Positions 1 to 8,771 are shown, counted from the first letter of the stretch. The stretch is 38,149 nucleotides of DNA from an uncultured Gammaproteobacteria bacterium (GCA_964475575.1 CAYYXD010000002.1:1-38149), one strand, 5' to 3'. Numbers and translations are program-made. The notes: generated from the letters alone by a model not told the origin.

Positions 1-1
1 G

Positions 2-607
2 ACAGTTCAGATAGGTAGTCAATGTTGGATGGCTGAGAATTTAAATATCGGTACTAGAATAGATGGAGTTGTTACTTCTACTAATGAGAATGGTATTAAT
101 AGTACTATTGAAAAATATTGTCAGGGAAATAGTGAATTAAATTGTGATACTTATGGAGGATTATATCAATGGGATGAAGCTATGAATTACAATACTTCTA
201 ACACACAAGGAATATGTCCTAATGGTTGGCATATTCCAATAGAGCAAGAATGGACTAATTTATTTGATTATATTAAAAGTAATTCTAACTATCTTTGTGA
301 TGGATCAATAAATAATATCTCTAAATCATTAGCTTCAACTTACAATTGGATTATTAATACCACTATTTGTGCAGTTGGTAATAATTTATCTACTAATAAT
401 ACTACTGGTTTTAATGCTTTACCGGGTGGTTATCGTAATGAGAATGGTGTTTTTAATACTTTTAAATTTAGCTCACATCTTTGGAATTCAACGATATATA
501 GTGATAATAATCATAAATTTTATTATATTCAATCAGATCGTTCTTTTATGAATATAGGTACAAGTAATTTAAATTATGGTTTTGCAATTCGTTGTATAAA
601 AAATTAA
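2..607 (+). CDS. Fibrobacter succinogenes major paralogous domain (FISUMP, TIGR02145-like) protein, 5' partial
   Basis: The frame is open from the window edge (TVQIGSQCWMAENLN...). Motifs WMAENLN, GGLYQWDEAM, CPNGWHIPxxQEW, GFNALPGGYR and LWNST match the FISUMP domain as I recall it. The true start lies outside the window, and ATG 29 is internal. Confidence 0.75.
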   Translation, partial: TVQIGSQCWMAENLNIGTRIDGVVTSTNENGINSTIEKYCQGNSELNCDTYGGLYQWDEAMNYNTSNTQGICPNGWHIPIEQEWTNLFDYIKSNSNYLCDGSINNISKSLASTYNWIINTTICAVGNNLSTNNTTGFNALPGGYRNENGVFNTFKFSSHLWNSTIYSDNNHKFYYIQSDRSFMNIGTSNLNYGFAIRCIKN

Positions 608-742
608 TTTGCTTTTTTTATAAAAATAGTTATAATGTAAAAGGACAAGACACTTTCTATATTCTTACGCAAGTTTTTATATTCGTAATAATTTAGATTT
701 AAAAGGTCGGCTTGTTAATTTAATTTGTTTAAGAATATAGTT

Positions 743-1069
743 ATGAAAAAATTATTCGTAGGCAGTTTACCTTTCACAGCTAAAGAAGATGAATTGAAAG
801 ATTTATTTTCTCAAGCTGGTACAGTTGAAAGTTCTATTATCATCATGGATAAAATGACTGGACGCTCTAAGGGTTTCGGATTTGTTGAAATGTCTTCAGA
901 TGAAGAAGCTCAAAAAGCTATTGAAATGTTCAATGGTTCTGATATGGGCGGAAGAAATATTATTGTTAGTGAGGCTCGTCCTCAAGAGGATCGTCCTAGA
1001 AACAATTTCGGAGGCAGTAGAGGTGGTTTTAATAGAGGAGGTAATGGCCGTTTTGGAGATAGAAATTAA
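743..1069 (+). CDS. RRM-type RNA-binding protein with C-terminal Gly/Arg-rich (RGG-like) tail
   Basis: RNP-2 (LFVGSLPF) and RNP-1 (KGFGFVEM) motifs are present. The tail is GGSRGGFNRGGNGRFGDRN. I prefer ATG 743 (MKKLFVG) over the TTG at 725 used in the ORF track. Confidence 0.9.
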   Translation: MKKLFVGSLPFTAKEDELKDLFSQAGTVESSIIIMDKMTGRSKGFGFVEMSSDEEAQKAIEMFNGSDMGGRNIIVSEARPQEDRPRNNFGGSRGGFNRGGNGRFGDRN

Positions 1070-1090
1070 TTACTTAATTAATATCGTTCG

Positions 1091-1130
1091 AAAAAAACAA
1101 AAAACAGTCTTTTATGACTGTTTTTTGTTT
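1091..1130. terminator. Bidirectional rho-independent terminator between convergent genes
   Basis: Perfect 12-bp stem CAAAAAACAGTC (1098-1109) / GACTGTTTTTTG (1116-1127) with a 6-nt loop. It is flanked by an A-run upstream and a T-run downstream, so it can act on both strands. Confidence 0.75.
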
Positions 1131-1141
1131 TCTTTCTTAAA

Positions 1142-1639
1142 TTATTCTATAATTCTAACTTTTAATTTTTTTACTCCATTTTCTACTATACCTAACTTTT
1201 GAGCTCCGGCATAAGATAAATCAAAGTCTCGACCAGCTATATATGGACCCCGATCAGTTACGGTGGCATATAGAACGGTATTATTATCGGGATTTACGAT
1301 TTCTAGTTTAGTACCAAAAGGAAGTTTTTTGTGAGCTACTAGTTTTTCATTATACATATTAAAAACTTCTCCATTAGCCATCTTTCTTCCATCAAAAGCG
1401 GCTCCATACCAACTAGCTACAGCATCAAAATATTCTTTGTCGTCATTGGTCGTATAATCTGAATTTTTGTTTTCTAATTCAGAATTATATGAACTAATTT
1501 TAATTGTGTCTGATTTTATAGAACTAGTATTAATATTATTGAATAAGGATAGTCCATTAAAGTTTCCGATACTTTGAAAAGAGAATATCCCTACCAAAAA
1601 CATTTGTCCTATAGCTAAAATTATCTTTTTTTCTTTCAT
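1142..1639 (-). CDS. RlpA-like double-psi beta-barrel (DPBB) protein with N-terminal membrane anchor
   Basis: ASWYGAAFDGRKMANGEVF...VAHKKLPFGTKLEIVN...ATVTDRGPYIAGRDFDLSYAGAQKLG matches the RlpA/DPBB signature. The N-terminal hydrophobic segment is ILAIGQMFLVGIFSF. I prefer the start at ATG 1639 (MKEKK) over 1675. Confidence 0.8.
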   Translation of the reverse strand: MKEKKIILAIGQMFLVGIFSFQSIGNFNGLSLFNNINTSSIKSDTIKISSYNSELENKNSDYTTNDDKEYFDAVASWYGAAFDGRKMANGEVFNMYNEKLVAHKKLPFGTKLEIVNPDNNTVLYATVTDRGPYIAGRDFDLSYAGAQKLGIVENGVKKLKVRIIE

Positions 1640-1822
1640 TTTGTTGTTTGTTTTTATTATTAAAAAATTGACCATAAAAAATTGGTCAACTACAAATTGT
1701 ACACTATTTGATAAAAATTGTCAATACCTAGCACAAAATGGTTATTTTTACCTTTATTATCAGTTGAATTATTATTTTTTTAATGATAAGGTATAAATAG
1801 AAAAAAAATATAATAAAATATT

Positions 1823-2815
1823 ATGAATTTAACAAAATTAGCTAAATTATTTTTGAATCAACCTAAATTTAGATCAATCCAGGCTCAAAAATTAATATAT
1901 AAAGAATTAATTGATGATTGGAATAAGGCATCAGTTTTTTCTTTGAATCTAAGAAAAGAGCTTAATTCTAGTTTTTCTTTAAATATAGAGCATGAATTAT
2001 ATATATCTAAGGATAAAAAATCAGGTAAAGCAGTTATAAGACTAGAAGATGGGTCATTAATAGAAACAGCCTTAATGGTTCATGGAGATGGACGTAATAC
2101 TGCTTGTATATCATCACAGGTTGGTTGCCCTTTGGCTTGTAAATTTTGTTCTTCCGGTACATTTTTTAAAAGGAATTTAAATGTTGATGAAATACTGGTT
2201 CAGGCATTATTATGGGCTAGATATTTAAAAGAAAAAAAATTAGGTCGTTTAAGTAATATTGTTTTTATGGGTAGTGGAGAACCATTTTTAAATTATGATA
2301 ATGTTTTTTCAGCCATTTCTTATCTTAATAATCCTGAATATTTTGATATTTCTTATCGTCGTATTTCAATTTCTACTATTGGTATAATCCCTGGAATAAG
2401 AAAAATGGCTAATGAAAGTAATAAACCTAATTTAGCTATTTCTTTACACTTTATTGATGATAAAATAAGGTCAATTATGATGCCGGGAACAAAAAAATAC
2501 CCGTTAATTAAATTATTTGAAGCTGTTGATTACTATATAGAACAAACTAATCGTAAGGTAATGTTTGAATATATGTTAATAAAAGGAATTAATGATTCAG
2601 TAAAAGATGCTGAAAAATTGGCTTTTCTTATGAAAAAACATTTATACGCTGTTAATTTAATAAAACATAATAAAACTGGTAAATGGGAAGCTTCTGATAC
2701 TGAAGTTATTAATAAATTTAAGAAAGTATTAAGAAAAAACCAAATTGAAGTAGTGGAAAGACATCGTTTTAATCAGGATGTCATCGGGGCTTGTGGTCAA
2801 CTAGTAAGTTCTTGA
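1823..2815 (+). CDS. rlmN: Radical SAM 23S rRNA/tRNA adenine-C2 methyltransferase RlmN
   Basis: Radical SAM motif CPLACKFCSSG is present, along with GSGEP and the C-terminal GACGQL motif. The length of 330 aa is typical of the RlmN/Cfr family. Confidence 0.9.
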   Translation: MNLTKLAKLFLNQPKFRSIQAQKLIYKELIDDWNKASVFSLNLRKELNSSFSLNIEHELYISKDKKSGKAVIRLEDGSLIETALMVHGDGRNTACISSQVGCPLACKFCSSGTFFKRNLNVDEILVQALLWARYLKEKKLGRLSNIVFMGSGEPFLNYDNVFSAISYLNNPEYFDISYRRISISTIGIIPGIRKMANESNKPNLAISLHFIDDKIRSIMMPGTKKYPLIKLFEAVDYYIEQTNRKVMFEYMLIKGINDSVKDAEKLAFLMKKHLYAVNLIKHNKTGKWEASDTEVINKFKKVLRKNQIEVVERHRFNQDVIGACGQLVSS

Positions 2816-2840
2816 CAATATTTTAAATCTTATCTATAAT
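2812..2840 (+). promoter_or_regulatory. Consensus sigma70-type promoter of rplJ-rplL
   Basis: TTGACA (2812-2817), a 17-nt spacer, then TATAAT (2835-2840). The -35 box overlaps the rlmN TGA stop codon. Confidence 0.6.
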
Positions 2841-2852
2841 ATAAACACAAAT

Positions 2853-2946
2853 CGCAGACAGCCAGCTTTTAAGCTTAAAGCTTTATATAAGACTTGCCGA
2901 GATTTAAACATTTTTTGTTTTGTCTGCGTGGAAGCAGATTTTTTTT
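2853..2946 (+). promoter_or_regulatory. Structured rplJ leader (candidate L10-leader-type attenuator)
   Basis: An 8-bp closing helix CGCAGACA (2853-2860) / TGTCTGCG (2921-2928) encloses about 60 nt. Its 3' arm overlaps a small hairpin TCTGC (2923-2927) / GCAGA (2934-2938) that is followed by T8 (2939-2946). It sits between the promoter and the rplJ ATG. Confidence 0.4.
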
Positions 2947-2973
2947 ATACGTTTAATAATTAATTTAAATAAT

Positions 2974-3498
2974 ATGCCAAAAAGTAAAATACAAAAGGCT
3001 GAGATATTAAGGGATTTAGATGAAAAAATAAAGAAATCTAAATCGATCGTTTTTGCTAGTTTTGACGGATTAGAAGTTAAAGATAACGAAGAATTACGTA
3101 ATAATTTAAAAAAAGAAAAAGGTGAATATTATGTATCTAAAAAAACTTTATTAGACCTAGCTTTTAAAAATAATAAAGTGAATGATTTAGATATAAAAAA
3201 TCTTCCTGGTAAGATAGCAACAGTTTTTGCTTATGAAGATGAAGTTTCTCCAGCCAAGGTTGTTTTAAATTTCAAAAAGAAACATGAGGGTAAAATTGAA
3301 TTTATCGGTGGAATTTTGGATGGAAAAGTTATTAATAAAGAAGATATAGAAAAAATAGCTACTTTACCTGGTAAACAAGAATTGTATGCCAAATTAGTTG
3401 GATCTTTAAATGCTCCTGTTTCTGGATTTGTTAATGTTCTATCTGGTAATTTACGAAGTTTGGTTACTGTTTTAAAAGCTATTAGTGATAAAAAATAA
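2974..3498 (+). CDS. rplJ: 50S ribosomal protein L10
   Basis: The L10-like sequence (KAEILRDLDEKIKKSKSIVFASFDGLEV...) sits directly upstream of L7/L12. I prefer ATG 2974 (MPKSK), because the 2920 extension overlaps the leader RNA. Confidence 0.9.
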   Translation: MPKSKIQKAEILRDLDEKIKKSKSIVFASFDGLEVKDNEELRNNLKKEKGEYYVSKKTLLDLAFKNNKVNDLDIKNLPGKIATVFAYEDEVSPAKVVLNFKKKHEGKIEFIGGILDGKVINKEDIEKIATLPGKQELYAKLVGSLNAPVSGFVNVLSGNLRSLVTVLKAISDKK

Positions 3499-3564
3499 TT
3501 TTTATATAATAATTAATTTAATATTTATTTAATATCTTTAGATTTTAAATAAATTAACAAAACT

Positions 3565-3975
3565 ATGGAAGACGAAAAAAAGAATATCGAAGTTCCAGCT
3601 AAATTTAAATCTTTAGTTGAAGAAATCGAAAAAATGAGTGTTTTAGATTTATCCGAATTAGTAAAAATTTTAGAGGACAAATTTGGTGTGTCAGCTGCTG
3701 CTCCAGCTATGATGGTTGGTGCTATGCCAGGAGTTGCTGTCGGAGCTGAAGCTGCTGAAGAAAAAACCAGTTTTGATGTTGAATTAACAGAAGGTGGTGC
3801 TAATAAAATTGCTGTTATTAAAGTTGTTAGAGAATTAACAGAAATGGGTTTAAAGGAAGCTAAAGATTTAGTTGATGGAGCTCCAAAAATGGTAAAAGAA
3901 GGAGTAAAAAAAGAAGATGCTGAGGCTATGAAAAAGAAATTAGAAGAAGCTGGAGGAAAGGTAACTTTAAAATAA
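3565..3975 (+). CDS. rplL: 50S ribosomal protein L7/L12
   Basis: Classic L7/L12 architecture: N-terminal dimerisation helix, Ala/Gly-rich hinge ([23 protein letters not shown]), and C-terminal domain [26 protein letters not shown]...[10 protein letters not shown]. Confidence 0.95.
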   Translation: MEDEKKNIEVPAKFKSLVEEIEKMSVLDLSELVKILEDKFGVSAAAPAMMVGAMPGVAVGAEAAEEKTSFDVELTEGGANKIAVIKVVRELTEMGLKEAKDLVDGAPKMVKEGVKKEDAEAMKKKLEEAGGKVTLK

Positions 3976-3991
3976 TTTTTCTTTACATAAT

Positions 3992-4026
3992 AAAAAAAGA
4001 AGTATGATTATCGTACTTCTTTTTTT
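3992..4026. terminator. Bidirectional rho-independent terminator (rplL / convergent membrane protein gene)
   Basis: The stem AGAAGTAT (3998-4005) pairs with GTACTTCT (4013-4020), including one G-U pair, with a 7-nt loop. An A-run precedes it and a T-run follows. Confidence 0.7.
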
Positions 4027-4042
4027 ATGTTTATTTTTTAAA

Positions 4043-6106
4043 TTAAAGTATTAAGTCAATAGAGTAAATAGTATTATCGTTTAAGAAATAAGCTTTTTTA
4101 TTCTTATCATCTATAGCGAAATCTCTTATATCAGTGAATTTGTCAGAAGAGTATTGATTAATAAATGAACCATCTTTTTTCAAAAAAATTATTAATCTTT
4201 TTTGTGTTTTGTCAAAGACAAATATATAATCGTTATTAATCTTCATTATATCTCCTTTTTCTAGTTTTGGAGCTATAGTTTTTAATTCAAATTCTTCTTT
4301 ATTTCCTGATAAGTACTTATTAATAATACCATTTTCATTTAATAGATATATATCATAATCAGTAATTAAACTTATTGGTTCAATATTATCATTCTTTTTT
4401 AACCAATCAGTATATTTAGATCCATCTTTTTCGTATTTTAAAATTTGGTTTCTTTCTTTATCTAATAGATATGCTCGTCCATTATATATATCAAAGGAAC
4501 TAATGTTTTGACGATTTTCTGTATTAATAGATGAGAAAGAAACTTTTTCCTCTGGGCCAACTGAAATTAATTGATTATCAGCTAAGAAATAATAAATATC
4601 TCCTTCAATACCAGATAGAGTATCTCCACTTATCTTTTCATCCTGACTAATTTTGCTAAAGGTTTTATCATTTAAGTTTAATGAATATATAATATGATTT
4701 TTACCATCAACAGCATATATTTTTTGACTAGCCGAATTTAAGGAGAAAGATTTAATATCAGATTGATCGTTATTATTTTTAAAATTTATTATTTCTTCTG
4801 GATTATCAATTTTATACATTCCTTGGATTGTTCTTATTTGTTCATTTAATGTTTCTTCAATAGCTTGATAATCTTTTATTTTATTTTTTTCTTTATCACT
4901 CAAGGAACCTAATATTCCTTTTAATTCATCAATAATTTCACTGGCTTGAGTTTTATTATCATATAATAGAGAATTTTTTATTTGATTTTGTTTTTGGATT
5001 ATTAATTCTTCATAATTAGAAACATTTTCTTTTTCTAATACTTCATTATGATCTTTCTTTTTTAAGAAGATGCTCAATAGTAAAGCGATTAATAATAATA
5101 AAACAATAATAAACAATATTTTTCTGATTTTTTTTTGTTTAGAAGAAACCATTACAATATCTGAATTTTTGTTAGTATTTTCTTTCTTTACTTTTATTTT
5201 ATTAAATAATGATTTTATGGCCTTGATTAATGGTCTAAATATGTTTATTTTTTTGAAAATATTAACGGTTTTCTTCTTGATTATTTCTTTATTGATATTA
5301 CCAGGGGTTTCTAATAGTTTTTCGGTATTTTCCTTAGTGCTATTTAAATCCAATTTCGGATGATAATGAAATGTGCTTGTTTCTAAACATTGTGGGCAAT
5401 TTTGTAAAAATAAACCACAAAAATTAGAATAATTATTTATTCTAGCTAAATTAACTTTCATTTGTTCAGTGGCTCCATCTAATTTTAAATCACTCAGTAT
5501 TTTTATGAAATTATCGTTAATAAGGTATTGAGATAAGGAATCGTTAGTAAAAACTATATATGATTTTTCTGGTATTTCTCCACTAATAATAGATGAGAAT
5601 ATTTTTCCAGAAATTAATTCTTCTTTTTCATTTTCATCTCCCTCTGGATTTATATCACTAATATTAAAACCCTTTTCATTTTGACTTATTAAAAAAGACT
5701 TATTCTGTCCGATACTGGAAAAATATATTCTTTCGTTATATTCTAAACCAACTATTAAATTAAGTGTTTTAAAATTAAAATTAATTCTTTCTTGATCAAT
5801 AAATTCTAATAATTCGCGATTAGTTTTTACTAAAGCTGATTCAAAAACTGATTCTACTTTTAAGCCATTTATTTCATCAACTAGAAATATCTTCTCATTT
5901 AAATAATAGTTTTTTTCTAATAACTGAGTTATGATAAACATCATTTTTTCAGCTATTTTATCAGCTTGGTTTATTTCTACTAAAAAGAATAAAAGACCCG
6001 CTTTTTTTGCTTTTTCTTTATCTATGCTTGGTTCAACGAATCCAGCTTGAACAAAACTTTTGTTCTGATTATTGATAATATTTATTATAGATGTTTTTAT
6101 AGACAT
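4043..6106 (-). CDS. Large single-pass membrane protein: cytoplasmic N-domain, TM helix, extracytoplasmic coiled-coil and beta-propeller-like repeats (function unknown)
   Basis: 687-aa ORF with one strong TM helix (ILFIIVLLLLIALLLSIFL) at about residue 330. The C-terminal part has repeated beta-strand blocks (IYAVDGKNHIIYSL, IYYFLADNQLISV, RAYLLDKERNQILKY, IYLLNENGIINKY, FVFDKTQKRLIIF, AYFLNDNTIYSI). The N-domain vaguely resembles a degenerate PP2C fold, which is a low-confidence call. Confidence 0.6.
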   Translation of the reverse strand: MSIKTSIINIINNQNKSFVQAGFVEPSIDKEKAKKAGLLFFLVEINQADKIAEKMMFIITQLLEKNYYLNEKIFLVDEINGLKVESVFESALVKTNRELLEFIDQERINFNFKTLNLIVGLEYNERIYFSSIGQNKSFLISQNEKGFNISDINPEGDENEKEELISGKIFSSIISGEIPEKSYIVFTNDSLSQYLINDNFIKILSDLKLDGATEQMKVNLARINNYSNFCGLFLQNCPQCLETSTFHYHPKLDLNSTKENTEKLLETPGNINKEIIKKKTVNIFKKINIFRPLIKAIKSLFNKIKVKKENTNKNSDIVMVSSKQKKIRKILFIIVLLLLIALLLSIFLKKKDHNEVLEKENVSNYEELIIQKQNQIKNSLLYDNKTQASEIIDELKGILGSLSDKEKNKIKDYQAIEETLNEQIRTIQGMYKIDNPEEIINFKNNNDQSDIKSFSLNSASQKIYAVDGKNHIIYSLNLNDKTFSKISQDEKISGDTLSGIEGDIYYFLADNQLISVGPEEKVSFSSINTENRQNISSFDIYNGRAYLLDKERNQILKYEKDGSKYTDWLKKNDNIEPISLITDYDIYLLNENGIINKYLSGNKEEFELKTIAPKLEKGDIMKINNDYIFVFDKTQKRLIIFLKKDGSFINQYSSDKFTDIRDFAIDDKNKKAYFLNDNTIYSIDLIL

Positions 6107-6162
6107 AAATTGACTAAAATTTATAAATATTATATTATTATATTGAAATTAAATATAAAAAA

Positions 6163-6819
6163 ATGTTAGAAAAACTTTTTGGTTCTAAAACCAGGGTAAA
6201 ACTTTTAAAGATTTTTTTACTTCATCCTGACGAAAAATATTATATAAGGCAATTGGCCAGAAATCTAAAAACCCAAGTCAATTCTATCAGAAGAGAATTG
6301 AACAATTTAGAAGAATTTGGTCTATTGACTTCTACTGATAATGATAGCATAAATTCTGATATTTTGTCCAATAAAAACAATTCTGGAAAAAAGAAAGCAA
6401 AAGAAGTAAATAAAAGTTTAAAAGAAAAAAAATATTACAGCGTTGATAAGAATTTTATATTATTCTCTGAGATTAAATCTTTAATTGTGAAATCACAAAT
6501 ATTAGCTGGAGAAAATTTTATCAATAATTTAAAGGAAATTTGTCATCCCAAATTTATTCTATTAGGTGGGATGTTTTTAAATAATGAAAATGCTCCAACT
6601 GATATTTTAATAGTAGCTGATATTAAGCCCGAAAGCTTAACTCCTATTATAAATGATTTGGAAATAGAATTGGGTCGGGAAGTTAATTTTACTTTAATGG
6701 ATGAAAAAGAATTTAAATATCGTCAAGAAGTAGCCGATGTTTTTATACATAGTGTTTTAAATTCAAAAAAAGTTATTTTATTGGATAAAATTTTAAATTA
6801 TAGTGAATTCAATAATTAA
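6163..6819 (+). CDS. Winged-helix (ArsR-like) transcriptional regulator with C-terminal nucleotidyltransferase-like domain
   Basis: The N-terminus KTRVKLLKIFLLHPDEKYYIRQLARNLKTQVNSIRRELNNLEEFGLL is a typical wHTH. The C-terminal DILIVADI...GREVNFTLMDEKEF resembles a minimal NTase fold. It is divergent from the 4043-6106 gene. Confidence 0.55.
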   Translation: MLEKLFGSKTRVKLLKIFLLHPDEKYYIRQLARNLKTQVNSIRRELNNLEEFGLLTSTDNDSINSDILSNKNNSGKKKAKEVNKSLKEKKYYSVDKNFILFSEIKSLIVKSQILAGENFINNLKEICHPKFILLGGMFLNNENAPTDILIVADIKPESLTPIINDLEIELGREVNFTLMDEKEFKYRQEVADVFIHSVLNSKKVILLDKILNYSEFNN

Positions 6820-6828
6820 AATCTGTTT

Positions 6829-8766
6829 ATGAAAATTAAAAAACTTCTACCAGGTTCTAGTTTAGGTAAAACTATTTTTATTGTTACGGCTATTGTTTTT
6901 TTAATTTTTATAATTTTCTCCGCTTTATTTTTTTTGAGAATTAAATCAATTTATAGTGATATTTCTTTTGGTCGAAAAAATTTAGATTATGCTTTAACCT
7001 ATATTAGCGAAGGTAATTTTAATAAAGCTAAACAATCAGCTAATCAAGCTACCAAGTATTTTGATTCAGTCGAAGATGATTTATCTAAGCTTCAAAATAA
7101 TTTTTTAATAAAAAATATAAGTTTTTTAAATGATAATTTATCTGATTTTAATTATTTAGCTAAGATAGCTAAAACCCTAAGTGATTCAGCTGATAGATCT
7201 TTAGGATTAGTAAATGAAACCAATAATCTTTTGTCAGGTCAGACAGTTAATAATTTTTCTGAATTATCAATTGATGATAAAATGAAGATATTAAAAAAAC
7301 TATATGAAAGTAGTCCTGAAATGCAGGGGATAAAAGCCAATATTGATTTAAGTTTATTTTATTTAAAAAAGATAGAAAATAATAAATTATTATCTCCATA
7401 TTCTGATTCTATAAAAAACTTAGAAGGGAAGTTAATTGGTGTTTCTGATTCTTTGAGTAAAATAATATCTTTAGCTTCTATTATTCCAGTTTTGACTGGT
7501 TATCCAGAACCAGTATCGTATTTAGTTATTTTACAAAATAGTAATGAACTTCGTCCTACGGGAGGATTTATTGGTACTTATGGAATTATAGAAGTTAAAT
7601 CTGGAGAAATAACTAAACTTCAAACTAATGATGTTTATCATTTAGATATGCCAGCTAGTTTAAACCCTGATTTTAAAGTTGAACCACCGGAAGCCATAAA
7701 GAAATATATTGGAACTGATTCTTGGTATATGCGTGATTCTAATTGGTCACCTGATTGGACAGTAAGTGCTAAAAAAATAGAATGGTTTTATCAACAAGAA
7801 ATGATAGCAGCTGGTCGATCATCAGAAATAATTGATTTTTCTGGAGTTATAGCTATTAATCCTAGAGTTATAACTGATTTATTATATTTCGTCGGTCCAA
7901 TTGAAATTAACGGACAAATCTATAATAAAGATAATTTTATTGAAATTTTACAATATGAAGTGGAGATGGCTTTTAAGAACAAAAATATTTCAGAATGGGA
8001 TAGAAAATCAATTATTAATGATATTTTAGAAGAAATGAAAAATAGATTATATAAATTATCAGCTGATAAATGGTTAGAATTAGGTAATATTTTAAATCAA
8101 AATATTAGTAGAAAAAATATTTTTGTTTATTTAAAAGACGATTATAATCGTCAAACATCTTCTAGTTTAAATTGGGATGGAGAAATAGAAAATGCTCCGC
8201 TTGATTATTTAATGGTAGTAGACGCTAATTTAGCAGCTTTAAAAACAGATCGAGTTATGGCTAAGAGTATTAAATATTATTTAGATCAAGAAGCTGATAA
8301 TAAATTTAAGGTTAGAGTTGAGATAATCTATAAAAATAATGGTTGGATAGATTGGCAAACAACTAGGTATAGAACCTTTACTCGAGTTTATGTTCCGTAT
8401 AATAGTGCTTTTGTTAATGTATCTGGTTTAACTGAAACAGTAAGTTCTTTGATTTATGATAATGAAATTTCTTATCCTAAAACTTATTGGTCCGGTTTTA
8501 TAGTAGTGGAACCTAAGGAAGAGAAAAAGGTTGTTTTTGAATATTATTTACCGACAGATATAAGTGAAGAAATAATTAAGAATAAAAAATATTCTTTATA
8601 TTTGCAAAAACAATCAGGTAATACAGCTGATAAATTTGAAGCTGAATTAAATTTTTATTCAAGTGTTAAATCTTTTAATGGGGAAGGTTCAGTTGAAGTA
8701 AAAAATAAAAAAGTTTTATGGTCTAATTCCTTAGATAAAGATTATAATTTAGAAATAATGTTTTAA
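6829..8766 (+). CDS. DUF4012 domain-containing membrane-anchored protein
   Basis: There is an N-terminal TM (IFIVTAIVFLIFIIFSALFFL). The hallmark block YLVILQNSNELRPTGGFIGTYGIIEVKSGEI matches DUF4012 as I recall it. The family is typically linked to envelope polysaccharide loci. Confidence 0.65.
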   Translation: MKIKKLLPGSSLGKTIFIVTAIVFLIFIIFSALFFLRIKSIYSDISFGRKNLDYALTYISEGNFNKAKQSANQATKYFDSVEDDLSKLQNNFLIKNISFLNDNLSDFNYLAKIAKTLSDSADRSLGLVNETNNLLSGQTVNNFSELSIDDKMKILKKLYESSPEMQGIKANIDLSLFYLKKIENNKLLSPYSDSIKNLEGKLIGVSDSLSKIISLASIIPVLTGYPEPVSYLVILQNSNELRPTGGFIGTYGIIEVKSGEITKLQTNDVYHLDMPASLNPDFKVEPPEAIKKYIGTDSWYMRDSNWSPDWTVSAKKIEWFYQQEMIAAGRSSEIIDFSGVIAINPRVITDLLYFVGPIEINGQIYNKDNFIEILQYEVEMAFKNKNISEWDRKSIINDILEEMKNRLYKLSADKWLELGNILNQNISRKNIFVYLKDDYNRQTSSSLNWDGEIENAPLDYLMVVDANLAALKTDRVMAKSIKYYLDQEADNKFKVRVEIIYKNNGWIDWQTTRYRTFTRVYVPYNSAFVNVSGLTETVSSLIYDNEISYPKTYWSGFIVVEPKEEKKVVFEYYLPTDISEEIIKNKKYSLYLQKQSGNTADKFEAELNFYSSVKSFNGEGSVEVKNKKVLWSNSLDKDYNLEIMF

Positions 8767-8771
8767 TTTAT

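Noticed and set aside
369-551. 60-aa ORF overlapping the FISUMP gene in another frame
   Set aside because: It lies wholly inside a well-supported CDS. The Ile/Leu/Val-rich translation is typical of off-frame reading of AT-rich DNA.
725-742. TTG start extending the RRM protein by 6 codons
   Set aside because: ATG 743 gives the canonical MKKLFVG RNP-2 start. The extension adds no conserved residues.
882-1202. 106-aa ORF spanning the RRM gene 3' end, the terminator and the RlpA-like gene 3' end
   Set aside because: It overlaps two supported genes and runs through a strong bidirectional terminator. I see no motif in it.
2813-2815. Alternative genetic code (TGA as sense, as in Gracilibacteria/SR1 or Mycoplasma-type codes)
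   Set aside because: TGA ends well-defined genes at the expected length, for example rlmN at 2813-2815 and the GT2 at 28672-28674. Long ORFs are intact under code 11. At the GT2 frameshift, TGA is immediately followed by TAA, so recoding would not help.
2920-2973. N-terminal extension of rplJ (MSAWKQIFFIRLIINLNN)
   Set aside because: It overlaps the leader helix and the T8 tract. L10 homology starts at MPKSK (ATG 2974).
5070-5363. 97-aa + strand ORF inside the 687-aa minus-strand gene
   Set aside because: It is an antisense shadow ORF with low-complexity hydrophobic content.
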